Part shown: piece after piece, positions 1 to 10,273 of the stretch
How positions within the stretch are numbered: the first letter of the stretch is position 1
How the letters are laid out: every line of letters starts with the position of its first letter
NCBI GenBank assembly: GCA_023231475.1
Contig: JALJEE010002051.1
Coordinates: 62,001-88,603, forward strand
Direction of reading: 5' to 3'
Source of the DNA: Seison nebaliae
Taxonomy: Eukaryota
Length of the DNA stretch: 26,603 nt
Position numbers and translations under genes: made by a program
Notes under the pieces: model-generated
What the model saw: the letters and a program-made list of their open reading frames with translations, nothing else
Database searches by the model: none
Told to the model about the DNA's origin: nothing

Positions 1-3000
1 AATGTTCGATTAAATGCGCTCAATTCTCTATTACATGCATTACCAGCCGATCTCATTATTAGTGATAATTGGAAGTCAATCGAGAATTTATTGTTAGAGT
101 GTTTACTAGATAAAGATTTGGATATACAACAAAAATCACTTCAATTACATTCTCGTTTACTTGTTCAATCACCTCATCAATTGACAATGTTAGTTTATAA
201 TAATTTGTGTCGTCACATCGTTGGAATGTTCGTGAAAAAGAAATCGCTTCAAATTTCACTCAAGACGATCGATAAGGAGATAATGTTGGAAGAAGATCAT
301 TATCAATTACTTCAACGATTCAATATTGTTAAGAATTTCTTGTGCGAAGTCACCAGTTATTGGTTGAGAGCACCCGAATGTTTCGGTGAGTCAGTCATCG
401 ATTCCACTTTCGAAATGTTCGAAATCGTTGAGGACAAATGTGAGAATCCACAACTATTCTTCCTATATCTGTCGTTGATTGATATCAACGGGATTTGGAT
501 TACGAAATTAATGTACTCACATTTCGGACGTCAATTAATTTGTCGAATAACGGAAAAATTTCCAGCAATTCTCAAATTTCCTATTCATTTCCTCAAATCC
601 ATCAAATCAATAAAACTCGATTTTCGACAACCAACCACGACTTATCAGTTGTTCGATGTTGTCTATTGTGGAATTTTTCATTCAGTAAATTTTTTGACTA
701 AATTCCTCCTTTTCGGAAATACGAGAAACCTACTCAACAAATTGTATTCGGACGACATTTGTCACAGCATCATTCAACTTCTTCTTCATTTTCTATTCCG
801 TTCTAATTCTCATCATTTCATCAATGTGAAATATTCGATTAGTTTTCTCATAAATAATCGATTGGAGGAATTGGGTGAAATGCAACCGGAATTATTTGAT
901 GAACAATCCACTTTTAATGTTATATTTCAACCCATCACTCATGTGTTGGAAAGGAAGGAATTCGAATTGTCGAAACTTCTTCAAATCTCCAACATCATAA
1001 ATTGTTTGTTGAAGACGAATAAAGGATTATTCATACTCGCCAATCAATCATCAGTCGTAATAAAATTAATTGATTTTCTCGATTATCTTATCGATCATTC
1101 GTCGGACATCCAACAACAACAACCATTCCATCCTTCTCAAATTGATATTCTGCTAAATTCTTATTTTAAAATTCTCTATCACATTCTCAAATATAAGAAA
1201 TTCTCTTCATTCGAAACGATCCTACAAAAAATTGTGAGAAATCATTTCGATTGTGAGAACGGTTCGATGATGAGGAGAATAAATGAAGAATTAGATGAAA
1301 ATGAAACGATTGGAAATTATTCGAAAGAGACTTCTCTCCTTCATAAATTGAATGAGGAATATAAATTCAATAATTATTCGACTATCGTCATTTATTATGA
1401 AATGTTAAAAGAAACAGATCAACACATTGTCAGGTTACTTGAAGAATTATTTGACAATTTCAAAAAAAAAGAAAATTTCATCAATCATTTATCGTTGATA
1501 GCTGAGTGTCCGAAAGGAATCCGATTTCTCCAACAAAATAATCTCACTCGAATTTGCCTCGAATATTTGTGCAAGAAATTGAATTCGCCTCAATTGGAAT
1601 ACGAGAATTGTCTAGCTCGTTATCGTATCTACTATCAGATATCATCATTGATTAGTGGGAAAGATGGAATTAATTTATTAGATGAATTCCAACCATTAAA
1701 TTTGGTGATGGATAAATTAATTGACGATCATCTCTCAGAGAAGGATGATGTCGAATTAGATGATCATTTTATGAGAATCATAATTTCTAACGAACTTAAT
1801 CTCACCACCTCCAAATCATATATTCAATTACTGCAAATATTCTCGTCGTTCACATCTATCATTAACATCTATCTCAATTCGTCAACATCTCAATCGTCTT
1901 ACGAAACCATTCATCGATTCTTCCATAATTATCTCGTCAATTCTGATAATTATTCCAATTGTGAACTATTGATCACTCTCAATCTACTCTCATATATCAT
2001 CAACGATTTAGATATACAAATTCTATTTCGAATTACTTATCGTTTTATTGAGCTATTAAGGAATCAATTGACCGTCCACAAACAATTTAATGCAGTTCCA
2101 TTTGATGAGCTGAGTATTCTACGACAATATATCATCGCCAAATGTGAATCGTCTGGTGGTTGTAAAGAACGTAAACTACCACTCAAATTCATCGAGAATG
2201 AAGAAGAAATTAATGGAATGAACTATATTTCCATCGATAATATCACAACATCCATTATCGATGAACATTATCGAGAGAGTTGTTGGGAGGAACGATGGAA
2301 ATTGATTAATCTTATCGGAAAGGAATCGATCAAATTAAAAGAATTCTCAAAACATCAATATAAATTCGATAATCCAATTTTTAAGGAATCAGTAAAAGTT
2401 GTTGAGAATTATTATAATGAATTGCATGATGAATCCAAATTCAATATCGACCAATTCTCTCTCATTTATGGTAATTCTCAACAATTGATCAATTGTCAAG
2501 ATTTGAATGAATTCGACTGGTTTGTCAGTTTACTATTTATCATTCTCGAAGGTGATGAAAGTCAAATATGGAAATGTCTCAATTTAATGAATCGAGAATC
2601 TTATCGAAGTTTATGGTATAAGAATTGTCATAGTAATTCGGATACTTTCTACCAATCAACCATCTCTCATCACATCATTCTACTCCTCCAAATTGAACTT
2701 CCACAAATTTATTCGGTTTTCCTCCTCAGTGGTCTCTCGCCGATTCATGTTAACTAATTTTACTAAATTCATTTGTCTAATCCTTTCTTTACTAAATATA
2801 GACCATTAATTGTTGGTTGAAGCAATCGTTCTGGAATTATTTCAATTTGAAAACGATTATTCAACTTCTCCATCTGTCATTGGAAAGATCAGTCACATAT
2901 CAAATATATATCTGTCTAGCCATCTTCAAACATTTGGAACATCAAATCATTCAACATCACACGCAAAAAACATTACACAATTTTCTGATAGTTCGATTAA

Positions 3001-3136
3001 ATTTCTTTCGATCTTTCTCTAATTATTACAACTTTACCAGGAGTCACCTATACGTTTATTTGAAATTGAGAATTATCGGGAATTCATTGACACTCTCCAT
3101 CACAAACACACCGATGACATTCTGAGCGATACTTGA
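1..3136 (+). CDS. TBC1D32: Protein broad-minded (BROMI/TBC1D32) homolog, 5'-partial. Exons 1-2748, 2802-2990, 3041-3136; about 1010 aa in the window.
   Basis: The frame is open from base 1 (NVRLNALNSLLHALPADLIISDNWKSI..., resembling the BROMI VRYEAL...DVL..ENW block). Removing introns 2749-2801 (GTTAAC..TAG) and 2991-3040 (GTTCGA..CAG) gives ...HHIILLLQIELPQIYSVFLLSGLSPIH|TINCWLKQSFWNYF...YQIYICLAIFKHLEHQIIQHHTQKTLHNFLI|ESPIRLFEIENYREFIDTL. This matches the conserved BROMI C-terminus (ELPLVFSAF..SG..P.QI..QW..QCFWNYL...YQVYIC.A.FKHL). Stop TGA at 3134-3136. Confidence 0.9.
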
Positions 3137-4237
3137 GAGAATTTTTTTCAAATAATAAATTATTTCTCTAAATAAATCTCTCACATATACGTATCCTTAT
3201 CTGTGTCATTTTTATGATGGCAGCGTAAACGACCTATTCGTTGGATTTGTCTGTTTAAAATGAATCTCTCAAAGTACTTACACGCAGAATTCTAACAAAC
3301 CGAACTAACAATTTGTAAGTTGGATGACATCATTCACATCTTAACCATATGCAACGGATATTTCAAATTAACTCGATACTTAACTCGATTAAATTTATGG
3401 TTGAGAAGAATACGAAATCGGAAAAAAAAAACAGAAAAACGATATAAACTGTTCATAGTTTCTCGAATCGTATTAATCTAAACGTGAATTTCCTTACGGA
3501 ACGAATATACTCCCAATATACCATATTCAACCAGAAGATTAGGAAGTTTATGAATAACCATTATTTATTGACGGTATTTTATCATTGTTTATGTTGTTGA
3601 ATTATTGAAATGTGAAACTAACTGAACTAAATAAGAAATTTTTTTTCAGTTGTATCGTTTCTTCATTGAAATTGTTGATTATGTTCCATTTCTATTATTC
3701 TTATCGTTGGTTGTTAAATAATTTACAAATCGTTATTCGATTCTCTTACAATTTATTTGGAATTCATTTGATTAGAAATCGGAAAAGCATTTTTTACGGA
3801 ATTAAAATTAGTTTCCCAAAAGCACGATAATTTTATGATATCGATAGTTATGATTAGAATGTGTAATAGCTGAGGATAAGAAAGTTAATTTCGGAAAACT
3901 CATCTAAACATATATAGACCACTAACTGAAATAATCTACTAATAGGTGTAATAATAATAATATAATAACAGATTCATGTAAAAGGATGATCAGCGGAGAC
4001 AAAACCTTCAAACGCTTACAACAGGCGTATATGCTGGCCGAAAAGGGAGAACCAATAACAATGGTATGAAGGAAGCCTTATACTAAGGATGTATATCTGT
4101 AGATAAAAAAAGGGACTTTATAAACTTTCCAGATTTGTTTTAAATTTAATAAATATTTTATATTCCAATGTTCGGGACGAACCTTTTCAAAAAGAGGGAT
4201 GTGTCGTAGTTGAGAATAAGAAAGTAAATTAAAGAAG

Positions 4238-5917
4238 CTAGTGGAATAAATGTGCAGAGAAATAAGTGTCGGTTAAAGGATTATAATAGCTGGCGCTCGA
4301 CACCTTTGAGAGGCGTGGATGTTCTCTTTTTTTCTTCGTTTGGAAAATTTTAAATTTATTTTTCACCGATGTCCATCTGTTCTGGGGGACTCCCCGTACA
4401 TCTTTCTTTTCTGAAAATTTAACATTGTATAAATTGATTGTTCGATGATGATGTTGATGAAAGACCAACTTGATTTTAGACATAAATAAATGATTAAACA
4501 TATAGTTACCACAATTGTGATAACAGTGAGTAAAATGAAAAGGAGATTGGAGAGAGCGTTAAAGCCAAATCGATTATAAATGTTATACACTGCCGGTCCC
4601 ATGACTGATGATGCGAAGGATGGAATTATATTGATTTAAATTAAATAACGAATCAATGATAATTTAAACCGCTAACCATTGGAAAAGACTTGTACGTCAC
4701 TCTCGAGTATTATTTGGAATTCCATCTTAAACTCATTTTCTGGGAATGAAATATTCCCGGGTTTGCCTATTTGTTGATTGCCCATTTTGCGTATATGTTT
4801 TGATTTCGTCTCAAAAAAAAATGTATAATCAACTGCTTTTATTCCATTGTTGCCAACTTGCTGTCTCAACAGTTTCACCACTAAAGTCATCTTCTGCTTT
4901 CCAAACATTCTTTCGAATGTTCTTTTGATCGCCTTCGTTATCTGACGGAAGGAATGTGAAAATGCTTGTGAAAATGCTTGTGAAAAGAAAGAAACCAATT
5001 TTTTCGTGTCCAAATTAGCGTCAGCACGATATTGGACCAAACATTTTTGTTGCATTTGAAAATATTCAGTGTATTTGTAAAATTCGAAATTTTTTAAATT
5101 TTCCAAAATCGTATCCTGCAATCTTTGATAGTCTTCAAATGGAAGAAAAAATCTGAAACTTTTTCTTCATCGGAATCCGTCATCTTCTTGTCAGTTAATG
5201 TATTTCGATACATAGTCAAACTACTTTCCTTTGATATTATAGCAAATAAGTAAGACATCATCTATTTCAAATTGAACTCGAGTTGTCGTGTCGTATAAGA
5301 GTCGTTGTGTTATTTGCGTCGATGTACCTTCATATCCATTACAATAAATGTTCAAATCACAATAACGATTCCTCTTATTTAACGACTGATATATCGATTC
5401 TATTAATGTGTTGTAAATTCCTATTCATCTATAACAATTACTACTGCAGTGAATGGAGACGAACTTCTCAAATTGCGACCGTATAACAAATCTGTAAACC
5501 GAATTCCACTTCTCTTAGGAGGAAGAGTTTCAGTCAAGTTCAAACAAGGTGTATTGATTTGAGGTCTCTAAATTGGAAAGTTTTATTTCTAATAAGGTAT
5601 CTAAAAGAAAACTTTGACAATTGAATATCTTATGGCTGTTTCCATGGGACTGGTGGGATCAAACCTCTCTCGATTCAAATGGAAATTAAATCTATAAATA
5701 TCATTCTTAGTCAGCCGATGAGAGAGAGAAAAGAAGGACATATATGGACATGATGAATTAATCAAATGTTCATCGTTAAGTTGTTGAGGTATACAGAGCA
5801 AATCATTCGTCAGAAGTATGTTCAGTTTTATTAGTATTTGTTCTCCATCAATCATTCGATATTTCCACCATATGAACCAGAGTTGAGCCATCAACCTTAT
5901 CATAATGGATATGTGCA
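4238..5917 (-). CDS. Uncharacterised multi-exon single-pass membrane protein, 5' end unresolved. Exons 5917-5613, 5567-5465, 5420-5278, 5228-5160, 5115-4677, 4604-4470, 4410-4238; about 454 aa; possible SEA-like module.
   Basis: Six short GTT..AG introns (5568-5612, 5421-5464, 5229-5277, 5116-5159, 4605-4676, 4411-4469) join four track ORFs and three small exons into one stop-free frame with consistent phases. A hydrophobic stretch LLFILLTVITIVVTICLIIYLCL is followed by basic KSKKK (positive-inside rule). No homolog recognised with confidence. Confidence 0.6.
4955..4986. repeat. 12-bp tandem duplication (TGTGAAAATGCT x2 plus a partial copy), encoding FSQA-FSQA-FSH on the minus strand
   Basis: Read directly; it preserves the frame inside exon 5115-4677. 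Confidence 0.85.
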
Positions 5918-7495
5918 CTGGAAATTAATTGTCAGCGACTATTCTACTTTGGAATTAATTCGAACTTTCAATTGACCATAATCCAAAGAAAACTGAACTG
6001 AAATTAAAAAATTTTCAAATTAGTCTACCAAAAAAAATACAAAAATTCTTCATTTGCTACATCTTAAATTCACAAGTCTGTTAACCTCGGAATTCCTTTT
6101 AGAAAATCGTCGGCTACAATGTCTGAAAATAATCCATTCGTCAATTCCATCCTTCATTTTCATATGTCGAGTGGGAAATTTAGATGTAAAAATCCTATTG
6201 AATATGTTTGAACGTTTCTTTGTTTGTCATTCTGTTAAAGATGATAATCATTTACAACTTTCCAGTAGTAAGTTACTACCAGTAACATTTTAACGAGTCG
6301 GTTAATCGAATGTAATTGGGATTTGATCTAGCTTTTGAAAGTTCTTTAATTCCATTTGAAAGTTTCTTTCATTGAAAATAATTCATGAAAAGATTGAAAA
6401 AAAGTGAAATTTAAGTTTAATGATATCAAACTAATATTTATAATGTCATTATAAAATAGATTTCATTACATATTTTATGATTGTGAGACAATTCAAACGA
6501 AAGCGGTTTATTTTGAATATAAAAACAATTAAACTAAAATTTTACGGTTACATTAAGACACTCCACATTAGTACGTCCTATTGTTTTATTTGTAGGTATT
6601 TTTCACAGTAGAAAACTATTCGAATATTGAAAACACAGAGAGTTGAAAACTTTTCGATCATGATTTGTTTGACTTCAACAATATTCGGTTTCAGGTTACA
6701 GTTCTGTCTATTCTTGAGATGACTTCGTCTTATATCGAAAATTCCAACATCCGAATTTCCTGGTGAAGTCCACGAGAATGTTCCTTAACAAAGTCGTTGA
6801 GTCTCCAAGTTTCGACTTTGTAAGGAACTAGATTACCTCATCTGACTGAGAAAAATAAATTAGAAAATTATTAAATTTAGTGAAAATGATGGAGAAAAAG
6901 AATTGAATGACAAACGCTCGAAAAGGAAAGAGAAACATTTCAAAATTTTCCTTACAAATTAGTTTTTTTTGAAGATTTAATTAAATTGTGATGAAAAAAA
7001 CTTCGAGTTAAATAGACGGAAATTTTCCAACGTTTACTTAGCCTGAAAGATGACGTGTCAAAAAGACAATGGAAGAGATGTCAATGACGTGTCGGCATTT
7101 CCATTATTCTTATTTTTTCCGGTTCCAATCGAATTTATTTGTAATTTGTTTAATTATAAATATCTCGTTAAGATAATCCAAACTCCATTTATCGAAATTT
7201 AAGCTTCCAAATTCTGTTTCAATTTCGGATCTTATTCCTTCTTTCCCACTCATATTCAATCAATCATCTGACGATAAAAATCGTGAGAAAGTTTCGGAGA
7301 ATAATCTCTTCTAAATGGAATAAGTTCAAATAACTCAAATATTTTACGATAATACTTTAGTAAATATAAAATATAAAGGCAATTTTTGTGATTATTTATT
7401 AGATTATGGATGATTATGAAGCAGGAAATGATAAGTGAAATATATACCGGAATAGTAAAGAATAAATATTGTTGAAAGAGAAATTAATAAAATTT

Positions 7496-9091
7496 TCATT
7501 GATCGATGAGAATTATTTGTCGAATTAAAACTGATGATGCCGTCAAATCTGTTGTATCATCATTAACATAAGGAGCAGTGTGTTCTAAACCGAGAATGAA
7601 CGTGCGTTTTTTTTTATTATCTTTCTTCTCTTCTTTTTCTTCTTTATTTGTCCATTTCAATGAGAGGAAATATTCTTTATTGGAAATTGATGATTTGTAA
7701 TGTTTCCCCAATAATTTCATATTCTTATCATAATTATCGGGATTGTGAACATTGGATAAAATAGAATGATGAGATGACATTTCGATGAATTGAGAATCAG
7801 GAGAATTGGCATCGATTGATTTCTCTAAATCGAAATTCGAAATATATTCCCGTTGTGGATTCTTTGACATAATTTCTTTCAAGTCAATTCCTTCATTCTT
7901 CTCTTCGTCATTATGAACGACGATTCCTGGCATCAATTCGGATTTGATACTTTGTTTGGGAACGAACAATTTCCATTTCAATTGATTCTTCACCGAACTG
8001 AAGAGTCGCAAATGAATCGATTGATCCTCTTCATTCACTTTCACCAATCTGATGTTTGGAACGAAAAATCTTCCACACAAATGAATTTTGAATCGAAATG
8101 TTTGATTAACGAACTCGTATTTGATGACTTGATGTAAACAATTTGAACAACGTTTATTCAACTTATTCATTAAGGGACGTTGAATTGGCGCCACATCTTT
8201 TAATCCACAATTCGCTGTAATTTGTTCAAAATTCTCTTTATCTTCAGCGGATGTGAGTGATAATTGAGTTTTGGATGTGTCACCAATTCCATCGTCTAAT
8301 GAATCAACTTCATCTAAACCGATTGATTGTGACGATATTTCATCCCACATATCTGCCTTCTTTTCTTTCACTTCCAATTTCTCCAATTTCAATAATGATT
8401 CGGAATCAAACGTTTGAATTTTGTCTAAAGGGATTTTGGGAATACTTTTTTTCGAATGGAAATTTCGAGAAGAACCGTCGATACTCGGTGGTAATTGTAA
8501 CGTTTTCAATTGAAGATATCTATATCGTTCTAACGATTCTTTCTTCGCATCTGATTTCGTTACATTCTGCAAATAATCATGGATTTGTTTAATACGTTCC
8601 TGATATGGATTTGCAGGAATTCTGATGATATTCGTCCGATCAATCGTCTCGTTGAAATCATTCGAATTTCTAGATGACCAATTACAATATTGACATGCCA
8701 TATAATAACATTTCTTCTTCTCGTCACTTCCTTCACTCACGGGAACTTGAATCGCTTTCGTTATAAGAGAGGAAGAAATACATTTGGGACAATTAAAACA
8801 TTTGCCACATGTCAATCGATCGGAATTATCAGTTTTAGATGAAGCATTAATATCATCATCTCCTGATAACATATTCCCATAAGATAAATATTGTTCGGAA
8901 TGATTTTTAAAACAAGATGAACAATATGATAATGCTGCATCGATATCGACACATTGTGTACAACACATCCGTGTACAATGCTTACAATAATACATCAACG
9001 ACAAATTACACAATTCTCCACAATTACACACATATCTCACATTATTGGATAAATGATAATTCCACATTGGACTATTCACTTCGTTCTCCAT
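7496..9091 (-). CDS. DCTN4: Dynactin subunit 4 (p62), intronless, about 531 aa
   Basis: The N-terminal Cys array VRYVCNCG...MYYCKHCTRMCCTQCV...YCSSCF...CGKCFNCPKC, then YYMACQYCNWSSR, then RPLMNKLNKRCSNCLHQVIKYEF....RFKIHL....FVPNIRL, are typical dynactin p62 motifs. First ATG (MENEV) is at 9091; the track ORF starts upstream at a TTG. Confidence 0.92.
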   Translation of the reverse strand: MENEVNSPMWNYHLSNNVRYVCNCGELCNLSLMYYCKHCTRMCCTQCVDIDAALSYCSSCFKNHSEQYLSYGNMLSGDDDINASSKTDNSDRLTCGKCFNCPKCISSSLITKAIQVPVSEGSDEKKKCYYMACQYCNWSSRNSNDFNETIDRTNIIRIPANPYQERIKQIHDYLQNVTKSDAKKESLERYRYLQLKTLQLPPSIDGSSRNFHSKKSIPKIPLDKIQTFDSESLLKLEKLEVKEKKADMWDEISSQSIGLDEVDSLDDGIGDTSKTQLSLTSAEDKENFEQITANCGLKDVAPIQRPLMNKLNKRCSNCLHQVIKYEFVNQTFRFKIHLCGRFFVPNIRLVKVNEEDQSIHLRLFSSVKNQLKWKLFVPKQSIKSELMPGIVVHNDEEKNEGIDLKEIMSKNPQREYISNFDLEKSIDANSPDSQFIEMSSHHSILSNVHNPDNYDKNMKLLGKHYKSSISNKEYFLSLKWTNKEEKEEKKDNKKKRTFILGLEHTAPYVNDDTTDLTASSVLIRQIILIDQ

Positions 9092-9830
9092 TCTCAAAAA
9101 ATTTTCAAGAATTTTAAAATAAATCAATGTTTTTGTAGTCCTTTACTACGTTGATCTAACAAGATATAAAGATAAGATATGGAAGTATCATTTATTGTTT
9201 TAAAACCAAATCAATAAAAAGCAGAATATGTAAATTAAATATTAGTTATTGACAAATATGAGTAAGGCAATTACGATTTGCGATTGTTACAGATATACAT
9301 TAAATCAGAAGTTACCTCTGGAAATTATCTTATTAGTAATATTAATAAGTTAATCTTTCATTTCAACTTTCCATTATTCCAGTAGTTAATTATTAATTTA
9401 TTTTACAAATATTTTTGGAAGAGATATTCCACCTAAGACGTCATGAAAAAATTTGAATTTATGGCCATTTATATGAATTTGATGTTGAGAGGAAAATAAT
9501 CGATGAATAAATTTTGTTTGGGGTTGAGACTGAACAGTTTCATTTTATTTCGTTTATTATCACGGAAATCAAATAAATAAGCAAAGAACTTAAATAAATA
9601 CAAATATGAAGGAAACGATGATGATGGTGGATCACCGTTTCTTATATTATTAAATTAATTAATTAGAAATAATCGTGACATTTGGATGAGGTGAAATGAA
9701 TGAGGGGAGAAAACTTTGATAAATACTCGTAGCGGTTCACAGTGGATGGTGGTCAGACCATCGACTCAATATTATTTTGTGTCAAATAAAATAATTCGAT
9801 TAGTTGGAATATCGACAAGAACGAAGAGAC

Positions 9831-9892
9831 AGAGAGAGAGAGAGAGAGAAAGAGAGTGTGTGTGTATAGAGAGAGAGAGAGAGAGAGAGAGA
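9831..9892. repeat. Compound (AG)n/(GT)n microsatellite
   Basis: Visible AG run, short GT run and second AG run, downstream of the KDM6-like gene. Confidence 0.95.
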
Positions 9893-10273
9893 AAGGAGAA
9901 ATATAATTATAAATAAGAAAACTTCTGTAATTGTTTTGAGTGTAACAACTCCTATTGTGCAATATGGTTTTTTTCATCATCATATTAATGATCATAATAC
10001 AAATAAATCGATATTAATCTTTTTTACAAGAGAATAATAATAATAATAATAATATTGATGACAGATAATTTTGGAAATTTTACTGACTAATATATAAAAA
10101 GGAAGGAAATCTTTTATAGAATGGTCGTGGTAAGATTAGAGTGTGTAGTAAGATGTCTTCGAAATTAGAGGAAGAGTGTGACAGATAAATAAATAAGGTA
10201 GGAGGAGCTATCTGATAATATATACAATGAGTGCTTAATATGTGCATGAAAAGAATGAGAAGAGTGTGGGAGT

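Noticed and set aside
2749..3040. A strict branch-point consensus (CTAA) in the introns
   Set aside because: Present in the BROMI and EGF introns but absent from the AKR introns, so it is not a general rule.
3368..3389. Direct repeat TTAACTCGAT x2
   Set aside because: Only two short copies in AT-rich DNA; no array or element structure.
5421..5464. Apparent in-frame TGA (possible selenocysteine or readthrough) in the membrane-protein gene
   Set aside because: A 44-nt GTT..TAG intron (5421-5464) removes it with the correct phase. TGA also serves as a normal stop in BROMI, DCTN4, KDM6-like, annexin and AKR, so no code change is needed.
9716..9995. RE-repeat and SL-repeat ORFs on both strands
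   Set aside because: Translations of the (AG)n microsatellite; no other coding signal.
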